From assembly GCA_965222115.1 (NCBI GenBank), contig CBDCTJ010000003.1:288001-352000 (forward strand): a stretch of DNA of 64,000 bases, read 5' to 3'. The stretch's first letter is position 1, and every line of letters starts with the position of its first letter. The translations under genes were made by a program, and so were the position numbers. The stretch comes from Planctomycetota bacterium. Its GTDB lineage: Bacteria; Planctomycetota; PLA2; JAEUHO01. Shown piece by piece: positions 30,082 to 39,164 of the stretch. The notes below the pieces were generated by a model. It was not told the DNA's origin. It searched no databases and saw only the letters and a list, made by a program, of their open reading frames with translations.

Positions 30082-30555
30082 GTGCTCTACTTGATGTACA
30101 TTCAGCGCGTGCAAATCCTTCTCAATATCTTGAGGCTGGCAAGTGTCGTGGTTGCGGTAGTAGCAACCACGGTCATTCTCTTTGGTGGAGCCGGAAGGCC
30201 AGCGCTCACTAACATGCCCATCCTCGCGGCGCTCCTTATTGCGTACGCATGGGGTCTCGTCATCGCGTTGTTTCACGTTCGCCCCATTAAGCGCCCTACA
30301 CGCACGACAGGCTGGGCATTGCTGCCACTGGGCATTCAACTCAGTTACTACATGACGTTCTGGATCATGTTGGCGCTTGGCGCCACAGACCACAGACTGT
30401 ATGACTCAGTCTCCGTCGCAACAGTGATCTCGTTCTTTGCTGGCTTCGTTGCGCCGATAATTGCCATGATTGCTCTTCGACGAATCGAGCCACTGCTCAT
30501 CGTGGAAGTCGCAGGCCCTACGCTCACGTGCATGTATATGTGGACGTGGAGCTAG
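30082..30555 (+). CDS. Hypothetical membrane protein
   Basis: Four to five hydrophobic segments. Confidence 0.4.
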   Translation: MLYLMYIQRVQILLNILRLASVVVAVVATTVILFGGAGRPALTNMPILAALLIAYAWGLVIALFHVRPIKRPTRTTGWALLPLGIQLSYYMTFWIMLALGATDHRLYDSVSVATVISFFAGFVAPIIAMIALRRIEPLLIVEVAGPTLTCMYMWTWS

Positions 30556-30624
30556 TGCACCGCACCGCGTCTCTTCCCAGCATCTCAGTGATCTTCGTAA
30601 CGCGAGAAGGCCAATCCAAGTGCT

Positions 30625-32760
30625 TTGGCTCTCTCTACGGTTGGTAGTGGTATTGGGGGCACGTCAGCGGCATCAGTCATCGCATCGAGACGTACACGGC
30701 GCGTACTCCTCGTTGATGACGAACCCGGCGTTCGATTGATCATGGGGTCAATCATTCAATCCGCGGGACATGAACTCGATACCGCCCGCGACGGATTCGA
30801 AGCACTTGAGAAGGTACGCAGTTTCAAGCCAGACGTTATCGTCATGGACATGCGAATGCCGGATCTCGATGGCCACGAATTGTGTAAGAAGCTCCAACTC
30901 GACTCTCGAACAGCTTTAATACCTGTTATATTCGCCACGGCATCCGAAGAGATACAAGACCGCGCACGCGCGTTCGCAGCGGGCGCCGTAGACTACTTGG
31001 TCAAGCCGATTGAGCGAGAAACGCTGCTTCATTCGTTGGAGGTTCATTTCGAAACTGCAGTTCGATGGCAAGACTTGCAGCCCGACCCGCCCTCTCGAAC
31101 AGATGTGCGCTCACCTAACTTTGGGAGATTTCGGAAGCTCTTTCTTGATGAGTTCGGTGACGGCCTTGACAACGCCGACGGAACGGTGTGTTCAACGTTT
31201 GATGAGTTGTGTAAGAGCGCTCTCCACATAGGTCTCACATCGGAATACTTGGCCAAACGCATCGCATCGTTTTTCAACGTCAGCTACTTACCTTCTGTTA
31301 ATCCGACGGACTTGAAACTCGGGGTTCTCCCGGCACCGTTCTGTAAGTCTCAAAGTGTTGCGACTCTGAATGCCGAAAAAAGTGGCGCGCGAGTCGTCGT
31401 CAGTAATCCGTTCAATCTTCAGTTGGCTGATGCACTCAAATCGGAGGGACTGCTTGAGTCTCCGTCGGACCTAGCGATTGCGACGTCCGAAACAATCCGC
31501 GCGTTATTCGAGGAAGAGAGACCCCCATCGGATCGCATGCCACTCACTAGCGTGGACAGCGCAGCTGAACGAGAAAGCGTAAATGATCTCGTTGCTTCAA
31601 CCAAACGCCGTCACGTTGTGAACGTCGCGAACTCAGTAGTCTTGAAGGCAGTCGAAGCTGGTGCCAGCGACATCCATCTACAGCCTCTGGGACACACGCT
31701 AGGCATTCGCCACCGAATAGATGGTGTTCTATACGATCAGGAACCTCTGCCACTCAAGTTGCAATCTGCCGTGTTGTCGCGTTTCAAGATCATGGCGAAT
31801 CTGGACATCGCGGAACGCAGAGTGCCGCAAGACGGCCGCATTCAGATACTGTTTGAGGATCGTCCGATCGATCTGCGTGTCTCGGTACTGCCTGCCAAGC
31901 ATGGAGAGAAAATTGTTCTACGAATTCTGGACAAGTCGAATTTTGAGATCGATGTAGATTCACTGGGATTCGATCGGACATCGCTCAAGAAGCTTCATCA
32001 GAGCATTCAGAGGAGCCATGGAATCATCTTGGCGACGGGACCAACAGGGTCCGGAAAGACAACAACGTTGTACGCCGCCTTGCAGCAACTCAATCGCCCA
32101 TCCGTAAATGTTGTAACAGTAGAAGATCCGATCGAGTATGAAGTCCCGCGTGCGACGCAGGTACAAGTTCACTCGAAGTCGGGGCGTACGTTTTCTGCTG
32201 TGCTTCGGTCCATCCTTCGACAAGATCCAGATGTCATTATGGTTGGAGAGTTGCGCGACAATGAGACCATTGACAGTGCATTCAAGGCCGCGCTTACCGG
32301 ACACTTGGTATTGTCTACGCTTCACACAAATGACGCACCCAGCACGATCACTCGGCTAGTGAATATGGGCGTGGAACCTTACCTTGTCGCGTCGTCGCTT
32401 GAACTCGTAGTGGCGCAGCGGCTTCTACGAAGACTATGCCCACATTGCAAAGTACAAACGGAGATCCCGACGGACGTAAGCCATCAGATCGACAGCCTTG
32501 GGATTGAACATCCTAAGTTTTACTCGCCGGGACGGTGCGATCAGTGTAGCCGCACGGGGTATCGCGGTCGCCTGCTAGTAGCGGAAGTCATGTCAGTTGA
32601 TCCAGGGCTTCGAGGACTAGTTGCAAGGGGCGCGGACACGGACACCGTGCGAGCCTACGCCCAACAGAACGGTGGCATGGTCTTGCTGCGCCACGACGCT
32701 CTTCGCAAGGCTGCCCTTGGCTACACGTCATTAGAAGAAGTGCTACGTGTAACACGCTAG
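30625..32760 (+). CDS. GspE/PilB-family secretion/pilus ATPase with an N-terminal receiver domain
   Basis: REC (LLVDDE, MDMRMP, KP); ASDIH, PQDGR, Walker A GPTGSGKTT, EDPIE, LRQDPD..GE.RD, TGHLVLSTLHTND, CPHC/CDQC zinc motif; start uncertain. Confidence 0.9.
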   Translation: MALSTVGSGIGGTSAASVIASRRTRRVLLVDDEPGVRLIMGSIIQSAGHELDTARDGFEALEKVRSFKPDVIVMDMRMPDLDGHELCKKLQLDSRTALIPVIFATASEEIQDRARAFAAGAVDYLVKPIERETLLHSLEVHFETAVRWQDLQPDPPSRTDVRSPNFGRFRKLFLDEFGDGLDNADGTVCSTFDELCKSALHIGLTSEYLAKRIASFFNVSYLPSVNPTDLKLGVLPAPFCKSQSVATLNAEKSGARVVVSNPFNLQLADALKSEGLLESPSDLAIATSETIRALFEEERPPSDRMPLTSVDSAAERESVNDLVASTKRRHVVNVANSVVLKAVEAGASDIHLQPLGHTLGIRHRIDGVLYDQEPLPLKLQSAVLSRFKIMANLDIAERRVPQDGRIQILFEDRPIDLRVSVLPAKHGEKIVLRILDKSNFEIDVDSLGFDRTSLKKLHQSIQRSHGIILATGPTGSGKTTTLYAALQQLNRPSVNVVTVEDPIEYEVPRATQVQVHSKSGRTFSAVLRSILRQDPDVIMVGELRDNETIDSAFKAALTGHLVLSTLHTNDAPSTITRLVNMGVEPYLVASSLELVVAQRLLRRLCPHCKVQTEIPTDVSHQIDSLGIEHPKFYSPGRCDQCSRTGYRGRLLVAEVMSVDPGLRGLVARGADTDTVRAYAQQNGGMVLLRHDALRKAALGYTSLEEVLRVTR

Positions 32761-32843
32761 GCGCCGCTCACCCGGTTCGAGTAGAGGCTGAACCTCAGTA
32801 GCGCAGACGGCACGCGATAGCGCCCGGCCCGAAGAACCAACTT

Positions 32844-33581
32844 CTAATGTGGCCGAGCATGCTCTCGGAGCAATGATTGCAGTGCTTCTTCCAGCCCGGC
32901 CAATTGATCGTGGTGTCCGATGAATCTCAACGTGCCATCCGGAGCGACAACAAAGAGCCTCTCTGGAAACGCCTTGAATGCCAAGGATGCAGTATCGTTC
33001 ATGTCATCGACTAATAGTGGCATGGTCATCTTCATTTCCCTGGCGCCCAATTTGGCGACCTCGATTCGCCTGGCAAGTGTCTTCGGGTCTTCTAGGCTAA
33101 CGGTCGGCGAAGGGGCTCCCGGCCCATCGATTGGGTGCGCCTCCCGAATGTAGACGAAGTAAAAGTCAACATCGACCTTGTATCTCCGATGAAATGCTTC
33201 CAGACGACCTGCCTGACGCGCAAAGGGGTCTCAGGTATAAGAACCAAATATCAAGACCGTGGTTCGCGCTGGCCTCGCCAGATTAACTGAGCCTCCACCA
33301 TCGGCACGCGCTACTTGAACACTTGGTACGCTGCTCCCAACTTCCAAATCATCCACAAGAGCGAGGCGCCCTGACAATACGCTCGCGGTCATTGGGCGAC
33401 CGGGGGAAGCCGTGTTCGCGGGAGAGCCTTCAGCCGGCGTGCCATCCACATCGACATTCAACTTCTTTGTTTCCGAAACCTGATTGCGCTCGTTACGCGT
33501 GTAACGATCCGCAACGTTGGTAACGCCCCAGATGCAGGTAACGAGAATTGCAAGTGTACAGAGCATGCGTTTCATGCTCAT
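32844..33581 (-). CDS. Exported iodothyronine-deiodinase-like selenoprotein
   Basis: The track splits it into 33231-33581 and 32844-33050. Read-through of TGA (33231-33233) gives LIFGSYT-U-DPFARQ...FVYIREAHP.DG...LLVDDMND...AFPERL, matching the deiodinase FGSxTUPxF and YIxEAH motifs; N-terminal signal/TM. Confidence 0.88.
33196..33230 (-). promoter_or_regulatory. Putative SECIS hairpin
   Basis: Minus strand CAGGC-AGGTC-GTCTG (33215-33201), ~15-20 nt after the TGA, with an fdhF-like AGGUC loop. Confidence 0.6.
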
Positions 33582-34269
33582 ACAGACGCTTGGTAGTCAT
33601 AAGGGTTTGCGAGGTATTTGGATTCCTTTACGTGAAAATGCTGCGCAGTACAGCTGAACACCCGTTCTAGTGCATCACGCCAAGACCAAAGTACCGTTCG
33701 TGCAATCCTCCAACGAGTTCCTGATGACAAAACCAGTATCTACTTGTGACACACGAGCGGCCATTTCGCTCTTCATGACATTTGGGATACCGAGTCACGT
33801 CCTTCCTCCTGATTTTACCGAACTTCGTATCGTGTGAGTCATTTGGCCCTTTGACTCTCGCAGGAAGCGTTCTTCGCGCATCTCGCGTTGTTGACCCTAG
33901 AACAAGCACCAAGGGGCGGACCAGGATTGGGGTGCGGACAATTCGGCGTGGCGCTGAGAAAGACCTTATTGAGTCGCAAGCGCATTTGCGCACGGCGTTA
34001 GGTGTTGAACCGAGTCGCGCTGACCGACTACGCAGTCTGCGTGCACCTGCACAGCCGACTGAACATTTTCGCTCACGGGCGCGTGCTAATTGGAACAGAG
34101 AATCGCCGCGACCGTACATCAACCCATAGTCAAGTGAGAATCGAGCTAATACATAACCTCTTCATAGACAATGGCTTACGGCACGAAACTCCCATTTGGC
34201 AAGGCATTTGCGCATTAGCAGCCCAATATCAACCGCGTCGTGCCGGCGACGATCAAACGGAGACGCGTA

Positions 34270-34422
34270 ATGAAATTACCTAGATTAGGTATTGCCGTCG
34301 GATTGCTAGCTGCACTACTGCTGCTTCCACTTGGGGGCTGTGGTGGCGGCGGGAGCAGTAGCGGCGCCACCCCGAACAACAACTGGGATCAGATGACCTG
34401 GGATTCAGGCAACTGGGGCTAG
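34270..34422 (+). CDS. 50-aa lipoprotein with a Trp-rich tail
   Basis: GGAG RBS; MKLPRLGIAVGLLAALLLLPLGG-C-GGGGSSSGATPNNNWDQMTWDSGNWG. Confidence 0.7.
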   Translation: MKLPRLGIAVGLLAALLLLPLGGCGGGGSSSGATPNNNWDQMTWDSGNWG

Positions 34423-34496
34423 ACCTCACAACTCATCATTTCAATACGTTCAATAACAAGAGAATCCTTCAAGAGAAAGAAACACTGGAGTCTACA

Positions 34497-35099
34497 ATGG
34501 AAAGCAAGAACAGGTTCGTACTCGGCACAATGATCGTCCCTTTCGCACTCGTCGGTATCGGTGTGGTCTATGCAAGCAGCGTCGTAACGCCAAACACATT
34601 CGTTGCAGGTACGCCTGCGGTTGCAGCTGAAGTTAATGTGAATTTTGCGGCTCACGCAGCAGCTATCAACGACAACGACGCTCGGATCGACAACGCGTCT
34701 CGAATCGAAGTAACGACGCCATCGACTCATGTCAGCGTCGCCAATGGCGACACTTCACTTCACGAACTCACAAGCGTTCTAGTAAATGCTCCATCTGCTG
34801 GTAAGGTGATCGTGACGATGACAGGGTATACTGTGTTCTTTGGTGATGGCAAGACGTTGGACGTTGCGGTGTCAGATGACAACACAGCAATGCCGTCTTC
34901 CGGCATAATTGGCCATGGCCGACTAGACGGAGCCGGGGGCAATCGCTTCACGATTCCATTTTGTGCCAAGAACGTATTTCCGGTGGTTGCAGGAAACCAT
35001 ACGTTCTACGGCCTCACACAAGGCAACAACGTGTTCTCGAGCGGTTCAGCCAACGTCGTACCTAGAAGTATTGTCGCCCAATTCGTTGCCACTCCATAG
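34497..35099 (+). CDS. Secreted fibre/adhesin-like protein
   Basis: GGAG RBS, signal peptide, 'PNTFVAGTPAVAAEVNVNF' motif, short coiled coil and beta-rich C-domain. Confidence 0.6.
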   Translation: MESKNRFVLGTMIVPFALVGIGVVYASSVVTPNTFVAGTPAVAAEVNVNFAAHAAAINDNDARIDNASRIEVTTPSTHVSVANGDTSLHELTSVLVNAPSAGKVIVTMTGYTVFFGDGKTLDVAVSDDNTAMPSSGIIGHGRLDGAGGNRFTIPFCAKNVFPVVAGNHTFYGLTQGNNVFSSGSANVVPRSIVAQFVATP

Positions 35100-35359
35100 A
35101 TGGCGATCCGCTCCTGCCCAAATGCGCATGCAGGGTCGGAAACTGTCCTGCGGCGGGCATCCGAAACACGGACGAGCCCCATGTAGGCTGTCAGCGCAAC
35201 CGGAGTTGGCAGCCACGCATGGCCCTCCGCCTGCGCGATCACCATCTGCACCTGTTCAAATTCCAGGTATCCGCGACTGACCGATTTCGACGTTGGTAGC
35301 TGCACGAGCGCGCGCTCGATCGCGAGAGACATCACCATGGCCAGTTTGAACCAAGCAAG
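35100..35359 (-). pseudogene. Tyrosine recombinase/integrase fragment
   Basis: 'WFKLA...YLEFEQVQMVIAQA.....VALTAYMGLVRVSDA' resembles the box-I region (yLt.eqv..ll...a.tGlR.sE); no HxxR or catalytic Tyr region; lies next to the tRNA. Confidence 0.45.
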
Positions 35360-35537
35360 TCAACGGCACGCGTCAGCTTGTCCTTGAGTAGCGAATGGTT
35401 GCTGTGCGCTGCCCCAATTTCGTCGTATGCCATTCGATCCACGCCATCGGAGGTCCTTTCTGACCCGATATCCGCATCGATGAAATTTGAGGAGAAAGCG
35501 AGGACAGAAAAGAAAGAGCCATTGCTGACGTCTGAAC

Positions 35538-35638
35538 GGTTCCTCGAGTTGGACTCGAACCAAGCAGGTCGTTGGGTTGATCCGGGGTGCGAGCTTTGGG
35601 CGTCTCAGTCTTGGAGGTCCGCACTCGAACCAACTCGT
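35538..35638 (-). repeat. tRNA-3'-end-derived module (att-like scar)
   Basis: Minus strand ACGAGTTGGTTCGAGT-(~60 nt)-TTGGTTCGAGTCCAACTCGAGGAACC resembles the T-arm and acceptor of tRNA-Asn. Confidence 0.65.
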
Positions 35639-35723
35639 GTCTAATTGGTCGCTGAGTTCGAGTCCAAGAGCGTTGAACGAAAATGACAACGATCAACCCT
35701 GCGTAACGTTATCTTACGAATTA

Positions 35724-35799
35724 TGGCTCCCCGAGCTGGACTCGAACCAGCGACAAGCGGATTAACAGTCCGCTGCTCTACCAACTGAGCTATCGGGGA
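35724..35799 (-). tRNA. tRNA-Asn (GTT)
   Basis: TCCCCGATAGCTCAGTTGGTAGAGCAGCGGACTGTTAATCCGCTTGTCGCTGGTTCGAGTCCAGCTCGGGGAGCCA; 76 nt, full cloverleaf, encoded CCA. Confidence 0.97.
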
Positions 35800-35906
35800 G
35801 CGTTGAGCCGCGCACGATATCAGGGGACTACGTACCGGCGTCACTTTTTGGCCGGTTCGTTTCAAAGCCCTGACTTTTCACGCTTGTAGCCGATTGCGCG
35901 CGCTCA

Positions 35907-36066
35907 TGGCTCCCCGAGTTGGAGTCCAACCAACCAGCGCGAGGGGCGTGGTCCCGATTGCCGCTGGTCGCGCATCAGGCACTGCAGTCCGTGACTCGAA
36001 CCAACTCGTACTTGCTTATGAGTGCGGATTAACAGTCCGCTGCTCTACCAACTGAGCTATCGGGGG
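35907..36066 (-). pseudogene. Expanded tRNA-Asn-like gene (160 nt, 84 nt longer than the intact copy)
   Basis: 36024-36065 is identical (42 nt) to 35757-35798. The 3' end CCAACTCGGGGAGCCA is retained, and the extra sequence lies in the variable/T-arm region. Confidence 0.75.
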
Positions 36067-36153
36067 GCGGTGGGGAGGCAAGGGTTCAGACGTGGGGACG
36101 GGGTCCGATGTTTTTGGGGAGGAGGACTTTGGGGAGGTGAAGAGGTTCTGGGG

Positions 36154-36711
36154 CTATTCGCTGGGGTCTGGAGTGGAGCCGGCGTCGTCGCGGCGGCGGC
36201 GGGGGCGGCGAATCTGGCGGGCCATGACGATGTGGCGACCAAGATCGGGAATGTCGAACTCGCTAGAGACTTCGCGGAATGCCATGGCGGAGAAAAACTC
36301 GAACGAGCCTTCTCGTGCGTTGGCCCAGACCTCTTCGATGCCGGCCTCGGTCGCAATACGAATCATCTCGCTGAGGATGGAACGTCCGTGCCCGCTTCGG
36401 CGCTCGCTTTCCTCAACGGCAAGTCCGCGAACACGCGCGCCAGGCGTCAGATAGGGACCAACACCAGCTACGCGGTTGTCAAAGTGCATGCTGCCAATGC
36501 CGATCACAACGCCACGCGTGTCTCGTATGGCATAGTGCGTGGCCGTGGCGTCGCTGTCACTTACATAGTTGACGCTCTCGAGGGGCTGGCCGGGACGCAA
36601 GTAGCGCTGCCGCATAGGTCGTACCTCGGCCACGTCCACGGCATGAACCTTAACCTCTGACTCGTCTTCGCTCGCCGATGACTCGTCGTTCGTTGGTTCC
36701 TGTTTCGTCAT
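36154..36711 (-). CDS. GNAT acetyltransferase
   Basis: 'RGLAV..SERRSGHGR', 'VWANARE...FF...F'. Confidence 0.8.
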   Translation of the reverse strand: MTKQEPTNDESSASEDESEVKVHAVDVAEVRPMRQRYLRPGQPLESVNYVSDSDATATHYAIRDTRGVVIGIGSMHFDNRVAGVGPYLTPGARVRGLAVEESERRSGHGRSILSEMIRIATEAGIEEVWANAREGSFEFFSAMAFREVSSEFDIPDLGRHIVMARQIRRPRRRRDDAGSTPDPSE

Positions 36712-36747
36712 GGGTTCAATCGCCGAGTGATCTCGTTGGCCGAGCGA

Positions 36748-37620
36748 CTAGGACGCGGGTGCGGCCTCAGGGACGTCTTCGGTCGCTGTCAAGGGATTCT
36801 CTTCCGGCGCAAGGTAGTCGAGCAACGTCTTGAGCTCACTCTTGAGCTTTGTGCGCGGGACAATGCGATCCACGTAGCCCTTCTCAAGCAAGAATTCGGA
36901 ACGCTGAAACCCATCGGGAAGCACGGCGCGAATGGTGTTTTGAATGACGCGCGGACCCGCAAATCCAATGAGCGCGCCGGGTTCCGCCAGCGTGACATCG
37001 CCCTGCGCAGCAAACGAGGCACTCACACCGCCGGTACACGGGTCGGCCAATACAACAATGTAGGGAATGTTGGCATCGCGCAGGCGACCGATGGCGGCAC
37101 TCGTCTTTGCCATCTGCATGAGCGAAAGTGCGCCTTCTTGCATGCGCGCACCACCCGACGTGGCCACCAAGATGAACGGCACACGCCGTTCGAGAGCATC
37201 TTCGGCAGCAATCGTTACGCGCTCCCCCACCACTACGCCCATGCTTCCGCCGCGGTAACTAAAATCCATCGCCGCAAGCGTTATGGGTCGGCCACTGAGT
37301 AGACCACGACCCACCAAAATAGCCTCGCTCACGCCCGACTTGGCTTCCGAGCGCTTGATCACTTCTTCGTAAGCATTCGAACCGGTGCCGAATCGCAATA
37401 CGTCGCGCGGTCGCAAGTCATCGCCTAACGGCTCAAAGGATCCCTCGTCCACAATCTGCTTGATCCGCGTGGGGCCGTTGACTTTCATGTGGTGGTCGCA
37501 GTCGGGACACACATTGAGATTGTCTTCGACGTTCTTGGTGAAGGCCATGACGCCACAGGCCGGACACTTCATCCAGAGTCCAAAGGGAATCTCTTTCTTC
37601 TTGCGACTAAAGAATGCCAT
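36748..37620 (-). CDS. accD: Acetyl-CoA carboxylase carboxyltransferase beta subunit
   Basis: WMKCPAC...CPDC zinc ribbon, GGSMG, SGGARMQEG, GGVSASFA, FAGPRVI. Confidence 0.96.
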   Translation of the reverse strand: MAFFSRKKKEIPFGLWMKCPACGVMAFTKNVEDNLNVCPDCDHHMKVNGPTRIKQIVDEGSFEPLGDDLRPRDVLRFGTGSNAYEEVIKRSEAKSGVSEAILVGRGLLSGRPITLAAMDFSYRGGSMGVVVGERVTIAAEDALERRVPFILVATSGGARMQEGALSLMQMAKTSAAIGRLRDANIPYIVVLADPCTGGVSASFAAQGDVTLAEPGALIGFAGPRVIQNTIRAVLPDGFQRSEFLLEKGYVDRIVPRTKLKSELKTLLDYLAPEENPLTATEDVPEAAPAS

Positions 37621-37645
37621 GGGGCTTCCTCCTCGTCCGAGTCAC

Positions 37646-38320
37646 CTATGCGGCCGAACCACGCAACGTCGAAATCGCGCGCGCCCGATCCTTCTGACCA
37701 AACACCGCCGTGCCCGCCACCATAATGTCTACACCGGCGGAAATGGCATCGGGAGCCGTGCCTTCTGCAATACCGCCATCAATGGAGATGTCACCGGCGA
37801 ATCCGCGTTCGCGCAAGGCACGAACCTTGTCGAGCACCTCGGGCATAAACGACTGCCCGCCAAAGCCTGGATTGACCGACATGATCAATACGAGATCCAC
37901 AACGTCTAGGTACGGTTCGGCCGCGCTAAGGGGTGTGGCTGGATTGAGGACAACCCCGGGTCGCGCGTCTAGATCCGAAATGATCTTGATCGTGTCCCCA
38001 ATGTTGTCAGGCGACTCCACGTGAATGCTGATCCAATCGGCGCCTGCCTTGGCAAAGGCCTCGACATATTGGCTGGGTTTGGCGATCATCAGGTGGCAAT
38101 CGAGCACCGCGTCCGTCGCGCGGCGAATGCTCTTCACGACCGGCGGACCAAATGTGAGGTTGGGAACAAAATGCCCGTCCATGACATCGAGATGAAGCAG
38201 GTCGGCGCCGCCCTCCAAAACATCACGAATCTCAGCGGCGAGATTGGCGAAGTCGGCAGACAACAGCGAGGGTGCGATTCGAACGGTGCGTCGGGCGCTC
38301 GACGGTGGGCTTTGTGTCAT
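37646..38320 (-). CDS. rpe: Ribulose-phosphate 3-epimerase
   Basis: IAPSLLSADF, HLDVMDGHFVPN, MSVNPGFGGQ, DGG. Confidence 0.97.
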   Translation of the reverse strand: MTQSPPSSARRTVRIAPSLLSADFANLAAEIRDVLEGGADLLHLDVMDGHFVPNLTFGPPVVKSIRRATDAVLDCHLMIAKPSQYVEAFAKAGADWISIHVESPDNIGDTIKIISDLDARPGVVLNPATPLSAAEPYLDVVDLVLIMSVNPGFGGQSFMPEVLDKVRALRERGFAGDISIDGGIAEGTAPDAISAGVDIMVAGTAVFGQKDRARAISTLRGSAA

Positions 38321-38419
38321 GGCAAGAGTCTACTCGCAAGTTCGCCCGCGCCGACGCGACGGGCGATCCGCACCGTCCAGAGAGTCCAGTTTCTCGCGCG
38401 CACAGCGCTGCTGGTGGGC

Positions 38420-39139
38420 ATGTTGTTCGGTATGGCTGGGTGCGGCGAGCCCTCGCTCGACCACGACGCCAAGGTGCCCCAAGACAAACGATTCACGCCG
38501 CCCGATCCGAGCGCGCCGCCGGGCACGCTGCACGAGGCGGAGATCCATCGCCTGCTCACGCTTCCTCTGGATGGATACACGTCGCGCGACAAGCTCGTTT
38601 CGCCAACGCATGGTCAGATGACCTATGAACGTGAAGACGACTCGGGCACGACACGCGCGCGCGTCACATTGAGGGTATGCGATTCGTCGATCGACAATAC
38701 GACGTCTATGAACGCCGATGCATTGGAGGCTATCTCCAACGATGTGCGAAGTCGGTTCCCCCCGGTCCATCGCGACAATCCGGGCCTTCAGTGGGGTATG
38801 TCGCCTTTCACATTCGACGGCGGATTCAAAGGCATCATGCACTGGTATCGAAGCTATGTGGGACCCGATGCAACATCCAGCAACACGTCATCACGCCGGT
38901 CTTCGTTGCTTGCCTATTCGTTTCAATTCGCCGACGGTGTGAATGGCATCGACATCACAGTGACCAAACCCACGCGCCAGACCGTCCATTCGCTCGATGA
39001 GTTGAAGAACAGCCTCAGAGAAGAAGACGCGATTCGCACGGCTCATGAAGTTTTCCGCGTATTGGGGGCGATCTTTCAGCGCAGACAAGACGCGAAATCC
39101 AAGCGAGACGATGCCAAGCACCGCAACGAAACGAAGTAG
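38420..39139 (+). CDS. Hypothetical lipoprotein
   Basis: Lipobox MAGC-GE; 3' part of the 38021-39139 ORF, beyond the rpe overlap; true start may be slightly upstream. Confidence 0.55.
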   Translation: MLFGMAGCGEPSLDHDAKVPQDKRFTPPDPSAPPGTLHEAEIHRLLTLPLDGYTSRDKLVSPTHGQMTYEREDDSGTTRARVTLRVCDSSIDNTTSMNADALEAISNDVRSRFPPVHRDNPGLQWGMSPFTFDGGFKGIMHWYRSYVGPDATSSNTSSRRSSLLAYSFQFADGVNGIDITVTKPTRQTVHSLDELKNSLREEDAIRTAHEVFRVLGAIFQRRQDAKSKRDDAKHRNETK

Positions 39140-39164
39140 CCAACCAACAAGAATGGGGTAAACG

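Noticed and set aside
24800-30600. Integron cassette array
   Set aside because: No attC-type RYYYAAC...GTTRRRY sites seen, mixed gene orientation and no intI.
33600-34260. ORFs 33667-34122 (-) and 33782-34129 (+)
   Set aside because: No motifs or RBS and atypical composition; treated as non-coding.
35577-35765. 62-aa ORF ending LPELDSNQRQAD
   Set aside because: Antisense translation of the tRNA; at most a recombinase-end remnant, not a gene.
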